Source: Candidatus Binatia bacterium
GTDB taxonomy: Bacteria; Desulfobacterota; Binatia; HRBIN30
Direction: 5' to 3'
DNA: 64,000 nt
NCBI GenBank assembly: GCA_038245295.1
Contig: JBBRSP010000008.1
Coordinates: 128,001-192,000, forward strand
Positions 28,052 through 37,604 of the stretch are shown here, in pieces (position 1 is the stretch's first letter; each line of letters begins with the position of its first letter). The position numbers and the translations under genes were made by a program. The notes beneath the pieces were generated by a model. The model made no database searches and was not told where the DNA came from. It saw only the letters and a list, made by a program, of their open reading frames with translations.

Positions 28052-29062
28052 CTATTTCAGACTCCCCAGGTACGCGACGAGCTGCGACACTTCCTCCGGC
28101 GAGAGGCCCAGTTTTGGCATCTGCGCACCTGGCTTGAGTGCTCCCGGATCGCGCAACCACCCTGCAAGGTTGTTGGGCGTGTTGTCCAGGATCCCGCCAG
28201 CCAGCGTGGTACGACCCGCAAAGTGCGTGAGGTCCGGGCCGACCTTCTGTGTCGATACCCCGTTGATCGTATGACACGTCACGCAGGCGCTCATCGCATA
28301 CAGCCGCGCGCCCGCTGAGACTGGGTCAGTTGCCTCCGCGGGGCGTCCAGGCACCGCTGCCGGTGCCGTCTGGTGTGTGCTCCAGGTGTCGAATTCCGCC
28401 GGCGTATCCACGAAGACCCGAAAACGCATGTTGGCGTGCGACAAGCCGCAGAACTCGGCGCACTGCCCAAGGTACACGCCCGGGACGCGTGGGATGAACG
28501 TGACGGTGTTGATGTGGCCGGGGATAACGTCGCGTTTGCCACCGAGTGCCGGGACCCAGAAGCTATGGATGATATCCGCTGATTGCAGCTGGATCTGCAC
28601 CGGTTGCCCCGCCGGCAAATGAATCTCGTTCGCCGTCCGGATCTCCAAGTCGGGATACTCGATCTGCCACCACCACTGGTGTGCCAAAACATTCACTATC
28701 AGCGCGTTGGCCGGTGCGACGGCCGGCTGGGTGCGAAACGTCGTGCGAACGGTCGGGATGGCGATTGCCAGCAGCACTAGCGCCGGGCCGACGGTCCAGG
28801 CCACTTCGAGCCCAAGAGACTCAGGGCTCGCCGGTGGTGTTTCGTGCGGCGCGCGCACCCGCGTCGAATAGCGGAAGATCGCCAGCAGCGTCAGCACCGT
28901 CACCAAGACGAGGATCAGGGTAGTCCACCCGATCACCTGCAGGTACAGGGTCTGCGTCCACTCCGCGAAGTCTGACTTCGGTGCGAAAGTGGTCATCGGC
29001 GGTGGCGCGGTCGAACAGCCGGCGAGCAGCCACAGGAGAATCAGGCCGAACGATTGTTTCAT
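28052..29062 (-). CDS. ctaC: Cytochrome c oxidase subunit II with C-terminal cytochrome c (caa3)
   Basis: Lipobox LAGC, HQWWW, DIIHSFW, CAEFCGLSHANM CuA motif, CVTCH heme motif. Has its own GGGAG RBS but is in frame with upstream actF. Confidence 0.93.
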   Translation of the reverse strand: MKQSFGLILLWLLAGCSTAPPPMTTFAPKSDFAEWTQTLYLQVIGWTTLILVLVTVLTLLAIFRYSTRVRAPHETPPASPESLGLEVAWTVGPALVLLAIAIPTVRTTFRTQPAVAPANALIVNVLAHQWWWQIEYPDLEIRTANEIHLPAGQPVQIQLQSADIIHSFWVPALGGKRDVIPGHINTVTFIPRVPGVYLGQCAEFCGLSHANMRFRVFVDTPAEFDTWSTHQTAPAAVPGRPAEATDPVSAGARLYAMSACVTCHTINGVSTQKVGPDLTHFAGRTTLAGGILDNTPNNLAGWLRDPGALKPGAQMPKLGLSPEEVSQLVAYLGSLK

Positions 29063-30205
29063 TGCTGAGCTCCCGCCACGGTTGCCATTGACAAGCCGCA
29101 ATCCGGGAAGCGTACAGAGTCCGAAGAGCCCGAAGAAGCCGGCGGAAATCAGCACCTCAACCCAGCCGAACGGAATTATGGTGGGCGACAGCGATGGCAC
29201 CACCAGCACGTAGCGCTCGATCCACATACCTATCAATCCGAGCGCGCAAACCGCGCCGAGAATTCTCGGAGTCCTTTTTGCTCTCTTGCCCAACAACGCA
29301 ATGAACGGGATCAGCCAGATCAGCAGCAACGCGATCCATGCAAGTACGCCCCACGGCAAGGCGTGAATGCGCCGTACCAAGAAGAACGTCTCTTCGGGAA
29401 TGTCGGCGTACCAGATCGGCAGGTACTGCGACCACAGCAAGTAGGCCCAGAATATCGAGAAGGCGAAGACTAACTTGCCGATGTCGTGCAAACTTGCGGA
29501 ATGTTCGGCGCTCTCGCCACGCGGCACTGGCCGCCAACCGACACTGGCCAACACGCCCATCGCCGCCAACGCGCTCCAGTAGGCGCCGGCGAAGAAGTAG
29601 GCGCCGAAAAGCGTGCTGTACCAAATCGGCGACAGCGACATCACGAGATCGAACGCGATCAGCGAGTAGACGATCGCGTAGATGATGATCACCGCCGGGG
29701 CGAGGCGCCGGAGAGTGGCGGGAGGCAGCTCGATGTCGGCCGCCGACTCTGCCCATTCCACGGCATCGGCGCGGCGCGAGGCGTACACGAACCACACGCT
29801 CAGCGCGGTCAGCAGCAAGAGTCCACCGCCGTCGCGCCCGAAGAGAAACGGGACGTTCAGCCACGCGACTTTTTGCGGCAGCGGATGCAGCACCCACGGG
29901 AAGATCAGCTGCTGGCCCGCGAGGAGGAGCCAGAAAAGGAGAAACCCTAGCGGCAGGAAGCCGGCGAAACTTTCGGCCAGCCGGTACACGCTCGCGCCGC
30001 CCCAGCGTGCTTGGGTCAGGTACAACGATGCGGATACCACGACGCCGCCTTGGGCGACACCGAGCCAGAAGAGCAGGTTTACGAGGAAGGCCTCCCAGGC
30101 GCGCAGCGACGCCCCACGCGTCAGCGCCACGCTGAAGGCGGCAACGCCGGTGATCGCAAGGACCACAAAGCCGCCGGTTGCGATGCGCCGCGACGAACGG
30201 GTCAT
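29063..30205 (-). CDS. actF: Alternative complex III subunit ActF (no stop codon before ctaC)
   Basis: FDLVMSLSP.WYSTLFG, HDIGKL.FAFSIFWAYL.WSQYL.IWYADIPEET. Confidence 0.88.
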
Positions 30206-30711
30206 TCCATGCCCAACCTTCCCTGCAGATGACGCAGGTACAGCACGATCTCCCAGCGCTCGTCCGCTGCCATGGCATCGCCATAGGCAGGCATCACGAT
30301 ACTGCCGTTGCGGATGGTGGCGTCGAGATACCCATCACTGCGCTCTGCCGGCTGCGCCGTCGTCAGGTCCGGCGGCGACACAATCATCTGAAAGGCAACC
30401 GGACCGTTTCCCTTGCCGGCGTCGCCATGACATGGCGCGCAGTGGGTCGCGAACAACGCTGCTCCAGAATGAAGGTGCGCAGCAGTCGGGGTGACGGGGT
30501 TGCGCAGACTGTCGTCGGCCTCCTCCCGTATCAGCGGTGGCTCCCCACCCTGCACGGGAAGCGTGCCCGGCGGCATGTTGCGCGGAGGGAGTGCGAGCGG
30601 TTGGACGGCCGGGCCGCGAAACATGTCGGTACTCCACGGAAAGGCAGTTGCCCGGTGCGCGCCAAGGAAGAGGAGAAGCACAACGAGCCTGAGCATCTGC
30701 TGGGCAGTCAT
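30202..30711 (-). CDS. actE: ACIII monoheme cytochrome c ActE
   Basis: DM..P...PPGTLP, NPV, CAPCHG..G.G.G, MPAYG...ERW.IV.Y; position in the operon. Confidence 0.85.
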   Translation of the reverse strand: MTAQQMLRLVVLLLFLGAHRATAFPWSTDMFRGPAVQPLALPPRNMPPGTLPVQGGEPPLIREEADDSLRNPVTPTAAHLHSGAALFATHCAPCHGDAGKGNGPVAFQMIVSPPDLTTAQPAERSDGYLDATIRNGSIVMPAYGDAMAADERWEIVLYLRHLQGRLGME

Positions 30712-30712
30712 T

Positions 30713-31258
30713 TCATCCCTCGCCTTGGTCCTCTCCGCGAGGGAGATTGGCCCCGAGGACCGTAACCCCTGTGGCTCCAGCAGCGAGCAGCAATATCTCG
30801 ACGCGCCCGCGTTCGCTGGCTGCGCACTCGATCACCACACCGAAGCGGTCGTTGCTGAAGTCCAGTTGATAGCCCGGCACCGGCTCGAGGCGCGGGAATC
30901 TGCCGTGGACCAGGAATCCGGCCACACCTGACAACGCCCCGAACAGGATCGTCAGCTCGAAGGCGATGACCACGAAGGGCGGGATCGAAACAATCGGCAT
31001 GCCGGCGGTCACGTGCGGATAGTCGGCCGACAACCCGATGGTAAGTGCAAAACCGCTGGCACAGCCGGCAATGGCACCGAACAACACCCAGCGCCGCACT
31101 GGGCTGTGGGCGGCATCCAGCGCTTCGAGTATCCGTTCGCTGGCAAATGGTGAGAAGACGCGCGGTTTGCGCAAGCCGGCGGCGCGGACGGCAACGATTC
31201 CGCGCGTGCAGGTCTCCTCGTCAGAAAAGAGACCGGTGAAGAGCAACGTCTCGCTCAT
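30713..31258 (-). CDS. actD: ACIII subunit ActD (DUF3341)
   Basis: FSPF, two TM helices, GMP..SIPPFVVIAFELTILFGA, FSNDRFG. Confidence 0.9.
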   Translation of the reverse strand: MSETLLFTGLFSDEETCTRGIVAVRAAGLRKPRVFSPFASERILEALDAAHSPVRRWVLFGAIAGCASGFALTIGLSADYPHVTAGMPIVSIPPFVVIAFELTILFGALSGVAGFLVHGRFPRLEPVPGYQLDFSNDRFGVVIECAASERGRVEILLLAAGATGVTVLGANLPRGEDQGEG

Positions 31259-31272
31259 GCCGTCCCCTGGCG

Positions 31273-32604
31273 TTACTGCGCCAGTGCCTGTTTCTGCCAC
31301 GCAATGCCCTCCTTCACCTCGGTCATCGACACGATAGGTAGGAACTTGGCGAACAGAGTGAACCACATCAGGAACCAGGCGAAGCTGGCCACCGTGATCG
31401 TAATCTCAACCCACGTGGGCTTGTAGAAAGCCCATTGCGACGGCATGAAATTGGTCGCCAGCGAGCCGGCGATGATGACGAAGCGCTCCGTCCACATGCC
31501 GATGTTGATGAAGATCGAAAGGATGAAGAGCCCACTCATGCTCCGCCGGACGCGTGGCGAGAACAGCACCAGCGGCACGACGCAGTTGCAAAAGACCATC
31601 AGCCAGAAGAGCGGCCCATACGGTCCCCAGTAGCGCATGTGGAACGCCATCTGCTCGAATGGGTTGGCGCTGTACCACGCGATGAACGCCTCGGTGACAT
31701 ACGAGTATGTCACCACCAGGGACATGAACAGGATGACCTTGGAGAGGTTGTCGAGATGCCACGGGGTAATCGCCTCTTCGAGCCCCATCAGCCGGCGCAG
31801 CGGAATGAGCAATGTGAGCACGAGGGCGCATCCCGAGAAGATCGCACCGGCAACGAAGTACGGCGCGAAAATGGTGCTGTGCCAGCCGGGCAGCTGCGTC
31901 ATGGCGAAGTCCCAGGAGACAACGCTGTGCACGGAGATCACCAGCGGCGTTGCCAGGCCGGCGAGCAACAGATAGGCCGCGGAGAAATGCCGCCATTGAT
32001 CGTCACTACCTTGCCAGCCGAGGGACAGCAGACGGTAGAACGTTTGTCGCCACCCGGTCGCGGCATCGCGCGCTGCTGCGACGTCGGGAATGAGACCCAT
32101 GAGCAGAAAGACCCAACTCACGATCAAGTAGGTGGAAACGGCGAAGGCGTCCCACACCAGAGGAGAACGGAAGTTGGGCTGCAGCCAGCGCTCGTTGGGA
32201 TACGGCATCAGCCAGTAGAAGAACCACGAACGGCCCAGATGGATGAGCGGGAAGAGGCCGGCCGTCAACACCGCAAAGCCAGTCATGGTTTCCGCGGCGC
32301 GGTACACCGGTGTGCGCCAGCGCGTACGGAACAGTAACAGGATAGCCGAAATCAACGTGCCCGAGTGCGCGATCCCTACCCAAAACACGAAGTTGGTGAT
32401 GTAGATCGCCCACATGTTCGGCTGGCGCAGGCCGGTGACGCCGAGACCGGCGTAGATCTGGTACGTCCAAGTCGTGATTCCTATGGCGACGACCGCTGCG
32501 AGAAAGCCCACCCAGAGCCAGTACGTGCGGCCGGGAGGCTTCAATGTCTGCAGCACCCAGCGGTTGACATCGCCGTATCGCAGCTCATCCGTCGCCATGC
32601 TCAC
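31273..32604 (-). CDS. actC: ACIII quinol-oxidising membrane subunit ActC (NrfD/PsrC family)
   Basis: NFVFWVGIAHSGTLISAIL, HLGR.W, FRSPLVWD, SVHSVVSWDFA, GWHSTIFAPYFVAGAIFSG. Confidence 0.95.
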   Translation of the reverse strand: MSMATDELRYGDVNRWVLQTLKPPGRTYWLWVGFLAAVVAIGITTWTYQIYAGLGVTGLRQPNMWAIYITNFVFWVGIAHSGTLISAILLLFRTRWRTPVYRAAETMTGFAVLTAGLFPLIHLGRSWFFYWLMPYPNERWLQPNFRSPLVWDAFAVSTYLIVSWVFLLMGLIPDVAAARDAATGWRQTFYRLLSLGWQGSDDQWRHFSAAYLLLAGLATPLVISVHSVVSWDFAMTQLPGWHSTIFAPYFVAGAIFSGCALVLTLLIPLRRLMGLEEAITPWHLDNLSKVILFMSLVVTYSYVTEAFIAWYSANPFEQMAFHMRYWGPYGPLFWLMVFCNCVVPLVLFSPRVRRSMSGLFILSIFINIGMWTERFVIIAGSLATNFMPSQWAFYKPTWVEITITVASFAWFLMWFTLFAKFLPIVSMTEVKEGIAWQKQALAQ

Positions 32605-35498
32605 GACTCCTCCCGCCGTCGGTAGATGTCGCGTAGGTATACGATGGCCGGTTGCGTGTTCAGGTCTTCCAGTGCCCGGTAGCCACGCAGGCCGTTGTCG
32701 GCACGGCGCTGCATCATCGCGCTATCGGTATCCTTCATGTCGCCGAACGTGATGGCCTGTGCTGGACATGCCTGCGCGCACGCCGGTACGATCTCCCCGT
32801 CGCGCACCGGACGGCCGTCGGCCTTGGCGTCCATCTCCGTGGCACGGATACGCTGAATGCAGAACGTACATTTCTCCATGACGCCGGCGCCGCGTGCCGT
32901 CACGTCCGGATTGAGCTGCAAGTGCGACGGCGCCGGCCATTCGGGCTTGAACCAGTTGAAGCGGCGTACCTTGTACGGGCAGTTGTTGTTGCAATAGCGG
33001 GTGCCGATGCAGCGGTTGTACACCTGCGCGTTTAACCCCTCGTCGGTGTGCGACGACGCGTAAACCGGGCAGACAGACTCGCACGGTGCATGATCGCACT
33101 GCTGGCAGAGCATCGGCATCATGTAGAGTTGTGGCGCATCTGGTTCCGTGGGAACGAAACGCTCGATGCGAATCCACGACATGATGTGCCCGCGCGCCAC
33201 CTCTTGCTTGCCGACCACGGGCACGTTGTTCTCCGCGTAGCAGGCGGCGACGCAGGCACTGCAGCCGGTGCAGGTGTTGAGATCGATGGTCATCCCCCAC
33301 TGATGATTGGGATACAGGTGCTTGGCGCGCATCTCATACGGCTCCGGCACTTGCGGACCGTGCTCAGGCGGCGCGACGCCGCGTCGCAAGTCGTCGAGGC
33401 TGATCGCCTCGACGATCGGTCGTCCGAGCATGTTGGGCAAACCGAGGGGGCCAACCAGGGTCCGTTGCCCGCCGGTCTTGCGGACTTCCACTTCAACGAC
33501 ATGCGTACCGAACGGCAGCACCTGCCATGGATTGGCGCCACGATCCGCGGCGTAACGGCCATATGCACTGTGGCCCTGACCGAAGGGGACGCTCAGCGTA
33601 TCAGCTTGCACGTGCGCGCTGAGATGCGCCGGCACTTCGATGCGAGCCTGCGAAGAACGAATCTCCAGGATGTCCCCTTCGGCAACGCCGAGATGTTGCG
33701 CGGTCGTCGGGTGAATGTCCGCCCAGGTGTCCCACACCAACTGCGCCACCGGCTCCGGGATTTCCTGCAGCCACGGCTTGTCGGCGCCGCGGCCGTCGTA
33801 GAGAAAGATGTGGGGAAAAGCGGCGAGCGTCAGGCCGGAGCGTTCGTTTGGCAGATCGAGCGCTGCGGCCAACGCCTCGGAACGCAGCGCGACCGTCGCC
33901 ACGGGTGCGGGAGTGAAGACGCCGCCCGTCTCACGCGCCTGGCGCCAGAAGTCATCAAAGCTCCTGGCTTCACGTTTCTGCGTGTGCAGTTCCCGCCATG
34001 TCGTCTCGACAGCGGCCTGCGTATTCTCCGACGACAGCGCGTCGGCGGAAACACCGGCAGCATGTACGGACGCCAGCAGGATGTCACCGAGTGGCAGCGT
34101 CGGAAACACCGGCTGCATCGCTGGCTGGCCTAGCAGGGTCACGCCGGCGCGAGGCGCGGCGTCGCTCCAAGTTTCAAGTGAGTGATGGCACGGCAAGAGC
34201 AGGTGTGCGAGTGCGGCAGTCTCGTCCGGAACACCGTCGGACCAGACGACGAAGGGCACCCGGCTGACCGCATCGTTGAAGCCGGGCAACGTGAACGCCG
34301 GATTTGCGCCGTGAACGACGAGCACGTCGATGGCCCCCCTGCGCATGTCATCCAAAAGGGCTTTAACCATTTCATGTCGACTCGATGGTGCGGGCGGTGC
34401 GCCGTCCAGGAACCGCACCGTCTTGCCGAGATTGCCGGTGGCGGCGTTCAGGATTGAGGTCACCACGTGCGTCGCCCCATCCGCCGTCCCGGCCAGTGCC
34501 ACCGCGCCGGTTGCTCTTCCAAACGACTCCGCCATGCTGTGGATCCTCGCGGCGGGCACACCCGTCCGTTGCGACACCGCGGCGGGCTCGTACCCGTCAG
34601 TGAAGTGTTTCAAGCGATCGGTATCGATATCCGCTCTTGCAAGACCGCCATGTGCGACCGCGTGTAATACCCCAAGCGCGACGAGGGCCTCGGCGCCGGG
34701 GCGCACGGATATCCACTCATCGCACTTGGCCGCCGTGAGACCGAAACGTGGCCCGACGTAAACGGCATGCCCCAGCATGATGCCATTGCTGCCGAGGCGA
34801 GGCTTGCGAAAGGCCGCGTACTGGCGCGTCAGCTCAACCGGCGAGCGCCACGTCTCCAGAAAGTCGGCACCGAACGACAGCACGACCTCCGCTGCATCGA
34901 GTTGATAGACCGGCAGGTCGCCGCGGCCGAAGCACAGCTCCGCGGCGGCCCGCGCGGCATCTTCGTCAAGCGCTTCATAGTGCAAGCGGCGGTTTGATCC
35001 CCACACCTGCAGCCAGCGCTCAACGATCCGATCGAGTGTCGGGCCTGACGAGGGACCGATGAAAGCCACCCGGTTTGTGCCGGCCGCAGCGGCGGCGTGC
35101 AGGCGCTGCGCAAGCGTCTGCAGACCGACCTCCCACGTGATTGGCGAGAGCGCGCCATCGCTGCCGCGCTGCTGTGGGGTCACCAGGCGGTCAGGATTGT
35201 AAAGTCCTTGCAATGCGGCTTGCCCACGGGCGCACAATGCTCCGGCACTGATCGGGTCCTGTGGATTGCCTTCCAGCTTGATGACCCGTCCTTCACGGAC
35301 ACGCGCCACGACGCCGCATCCGGCTGGGCACTCCCTGCACATGGTGGCGTAGAAGTTAGGGACGCCCGGGATGATGTTCTCGTCGGGAATGACGTAGGGC
35401 ATCAGCTCTCGCGTCGGCGGCTCCGTGCAGCCGGTAGCCGCCGCACTGGTCACCGCCACAATTTTCAAGAACGATCGTCTGGATAGTTCGCCCGGCAT
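32601..35498 (-). CDS. actB: ACIII subunit ActB (molybdopterin-oxidoreductase-like domain plus Fe-S domain)
   Basis: Tat motif SRRSFLK; N-terminal CxxCxxxC-x27-C; C-terminal CTGCSAC, CQQC..APC..VC, CIGTRYC..NC, EKCTFC, PACAQAC. Confidence 0.93.
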   Translation of the reverse strand: MPGELSRRSFLKIVAVTSAAATGCTEPPTRELMPYVIPDENIIPGVPNFYATMCRECPAGCGVVARVREGRVIKLEGNPQDPISAGALCARGQAALQGLYNPDRLVTPQQRGSDGALSPITWEVGLQTLAQRLHAAAAAGTNRVAFIGPSSGPTLDRIVERWLQVWGSNRRLHYEALDEDAARAAAELCFGRGDLPVYQLDAAEVVLSFGADFLETWRSPVELTRQYAAFRKPRLGSNGIMLGHAVYVGPRFGLTAAKCDEWISVRPGAEALVALGVLHAVAHGGLARADIDTDRLKHFTDGYEPAAVSQRTGVPAARIHSMAESFGRATGAVALAGTADGATHVVTSILNAATGNLGKTVRFLDGAPPAPSSRHEMVKALLDDMRRGAIDVLVVHGANPAFTLPGFNDAVSRVPFVVWSDGVPDETAALAHLLLPCHHSLETWSDAAPRAGVTLLGQPAMQPVFPTLPLGDILLASVHAAGVSADALSSENTQAAVETTWRELHTQKREARSFDDFWRQARETGGVFTPAPVATVALRSEALAAALDLPNERSGLTLAAFPHIFLYDGRGADKPWLQEIPEPVAQLVWDTWADIHPTTAQHLGVAEGDILEIRSSQARIEVPAHLSAHVQADTLSVPFGQGHSAYGRYAADRGANPWQVLPFGTHVVEVEVRKTGGQRTLVGPLGLPNMLGRPIVEAISLDDLRRGVAPPEHGPQVPEPYEMRAKHLYPNHQWGMTIDLNTCTGCSACVAACYAENNVPVVGKQEVARGHIMSWIRIERFVPTEPDAPQLYMMPMLCQQCDHAPCESVCPVYASSHTDEGLNAQVYNRCIGTRYCNNNCPYKVRRFNWFKPEWPAPSHLQLNPDVTARGAGVMEKCTFCIQRIRATEMDAKADGRPVRDGEIVPACAQACPAQAITFGDMKDTDSAMMQRRADNGLRGYRALEDLNTQPAIVYLRDIYRRREES

Positions 35499-35508
35499 GC
35501 GTACCTCA

Positions 35509-36027
35509 TCAATAGTGACAGATCGAACAGTCCTTGCTCACGTGGCGCTCGGTGTGACACGAGATGCAAAAGCCCATGTTGATGTCGTGGACGGGGACGA
35601 CGCGGTCCATCGTCTCCACCGGCCCGTGACACTCCTGGCACGCGACACCGGCGAGGATGTGCGGCCGATGTGCGAAGCGTACGAAGTCGGGCAGCGTGTA
35701 AACGCGGTTCCACACGATCTCGCCTGGTGGCTGCTTCGTATCGGTCCACGGCTGGGTCACGGCCGCGAGCACCGGCTGCTCACCACCCACCTTCATGTGG
35801 CAACCGAGACAGCGCTGCACAGATGGCACCCCGGCCGTCTGTGATCGGCGTGCGGACGCATGGCAATACTGGCAAGGAATCTTGCGTACCCCGGCATGGA
35901 CTCGATGGCTGAACGGGATCGGCTGAACGACGTCGCGGCTTGGCGACCACGGATGCTGGGAAAACATCGCCACCCCAGCCCCTACCAGAAACAGGAACAG
36001 CGTGATCGACAGGACGACGCGATTCAC
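35509..36027 (-). CDS. actA: ACIII pentaheme cytochrome c ActA
   Basis: One TM anchor, QPIPFSH, five CxxCH motifs (CQYCH, CLGCH, CQECH, CISCH, CSICH), LPDFVRF.H; GTGA overlap with the upstream gene. Confidence 0.92.
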   Translation of the reverse strand: MNRVVLSITLFLFLVGAGVAMFSQHPWSPSRDVVQPIPFSHRVHAGVRKIPCQYCHASARRSQTAGVPSVQRCLGCHMKVGGEQPVLAAVTQPWTDTKQPPGEIVWNRVYTLPDFVRFAHRPHILAGVACQECHGPVETMDRVVPVHDINMGFCISCHTERHVSKDCSICHY

Positions 36028-36521
36028 GGCGGCGTCTTTTGGGCCGCCGTGGGCGGACAATCAGGGTGCAAAAGCATCTGCGCGCTCGACGCGGCGTCGA
36101 GCCGCACGCCATCCGCAGTCTTGCCATTGGAATGCAACGTGTACGCCAGAACGTTCCAGTACTGCGCGCTCTCGAGGCTCGCCGGTTGATCGGCGGGCAT
36201 GGTCGCCGAAACATAGTCGTAGACGTCCTTGACCGTGCCGAAGTCATGTTGCCGGATCTTCTGGAAGAGACGCGGTTTGCAGGGGAGTGCACTGGGGCCG
36301 ATCAACTCTGGCGCTCGAAGGCCCTTGAACGAGTCGTCTTTGCCTTCGCCGTGATCTCCGTGGCAGCGGGCGCATTGGTGCTTGTAGATGTTCTCACCGC
36401 CGCGCGCCTGGTTGTCGGTGAACGCCCACACGTTGTTGGTTGTGGCGAACAGGATCACACTGGCGGTAACCACTACGCGTGCGCCGTATTGTTGGAGAGG
36501 TGAATGGCCTGAACCTCCCAT
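36024..36521 (-). CDS. Periplasmic monoheme cytochrome c
   Basis: Signal-like N-terminus, CARCHG, AP.LIG, MPADQP.SL; start uncertain. Confidence 0.85.
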   Translation of the reverse strand: MGGSGHSPLQQYGARVVVTASVILFATTNNVWAFTDNQARGGENIYKHQCARCHGDHGEGKDDSFKGLRAPELIGPSALPCKPRLFQKIRQHDFGTVKDVYDYVSATMPADQPASLESAQYWNVLAYTLHSNGKTADGVRLDAASSAQMLLHPDCPPTAAQKTPP

Positions 36522-36605
36522 CGGAGACCGTCCGCCACAATTGTCGAACACTGGGGCCCTCATCGAATGAGGGTTGCACGTCTCTGGATCGGTGCGAGTC
36601 CGCTT

Positions 36606-36623
36606 CTTTGCGCTGGCGCAAAC
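36606..36623. promoter_or_regulatory. NnrR/Crp-Fnr-type binding box upstream of the ACIII-caa3 operon
   Basis: cTTTGCG-CTGG-CGCAAAc palindrome, 14-bp core 36608-36621, fitting the TTGCG-N4-CGCAA NnrR-type consensus. Confidence 0.8.
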
Positions 36624-36718
36624 AAGCACCTCCACTGACCGGGCGAGCGGTCTCCAAAGTGAGCAACACCGGAACGCGCCCGGTGCAGCGAACCGAAGTC
36701 GCTCGCGCAGCGCCGCGA

Positions 36719-37489
36719 CTAATTCCGTGCCGCGTCGCATACCGGCCACTCCGTGCGGCTTCCCGGATCATCGGCAATAGCCGACAGCCCCTGAGCGTGC
36801 AGGATAGTCACTCGCTGGCGCCCAATGTCGACGAGTCCATGGCGTTTCCAAGCGCGCAAAACTCGGCAGACCGTGTATAGCGTCGTGCCGGTCATCTCGG
36901 CCAGATCCTGATGCGAGAGGGGCATGTCGATCAACAGGCCCGCTTCCGTCTTCCAACCCGCCTCCGTCGCCAGACGCATCAGCGCGTGCGCTACCCGGCG
37001 CCCTACGGGCTCCGTGGCCAGCTCGCGATAGCAGTGCTGTAGCTCTCGCATCCGCCTGCTCTGCGCGTACAGTAGGTTGATGGGAATCTGAGGAAACGAG
37101 ATCATGAGCTCGTGCATTGTCTTCCCACTCCAGACGAACGCTTGACACCAACGCACAGTCTGAGCGGACACTGGATGTACTTGATCTTCTGCAAACGGCG
37201 TCGCGCCGAACAACTCTCCGGGGCCGACGAATTGCAGCAGCACCCGATGGCGCTGCGGAGTCGTCTCGGAAAGTTTCAGCCGCCCTCGGTTCAACACGAA
37301 CACTTCGTCAGCCGCCGAGCCCTGCTCAAAGAAGAAGGCTCCGGTGTCGACCTCGCGCAGTTGCGCGGCGTCGGCGACGGCGGCGAGCTCATTCGGCTTG
37401 AGATTGCGAGCCAGTCCGGTTACGCGAAGGAGAGCGATAGCGTGAGAGGTCTCAATCATGTGAGGCATTCCCAGATCTTTTGTTCCCAT
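36719..37489 (-). CDS. Crp/Fnr family regulator, NnrR-like
   Basis: cNMP-binding-like domain; HTH SHQDLAEMTGTTLYTVCR resembles NnrR (..AEMTGTTLHTVSR); no FNR Cys cluster. Confidence 0.85.
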   Translation of the reverse strand: MGTKDLGMPHMIETSHAIALLRVTGLARNLKPNELAAVADAAQLREVDTGAFFFEQGSAADEVFVLNRGRLKLSETTPQRHRVLLQFVGPGELFGATPFAEDQVHPVSAQTVRWCQAFVWSGKTMHELMISFPQIPINLLYAQSRRMRELQHCYRELATEPVGRRVAHALMRLATEAGWKTEAGLLIDMPLSHQDLAEMTGTTLYTVCRVLRAWKRHGLVDIGRQRVTILHAQGLSAIADDPGSRTEWPVCDAARN

Positions 37490-37604
37490 ACGTCACCCGT
37501 AAATTCAAGAAAGGCTTCCGATCGTCAGATTTCCTTTGCGCGACCTCCGCAACGAATTGGCTTGCCCTGCTGCAGGAGGACAAACGTCGATCCCGCCACA
37601 ACAC

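Noticed and set aside
26062..28274. Long alternative-frame ORFs (639 aa minus, 522 aa plus) over the oxidase gene, and similar Arg-rich ORFs throughout
   Set aside because: Typical high-GC shadow ORFs with no recognisable motifs.
32601..35498. Calling ActB an active molybdoenzyme (e.g. nitrate or polysulfide reductase)
   Set aside because: Gene context (actA, C, D, E, F) and CIGTRYC indicate ACIII; Mo ligands cannot be verified by eye.
37536..37552. TTGCG-N7-CGCAA upstream of the NnrR-like gene
   Set aside because: The spacer is 7 bp, not the 4 bp required for a Crp/Fnr box.
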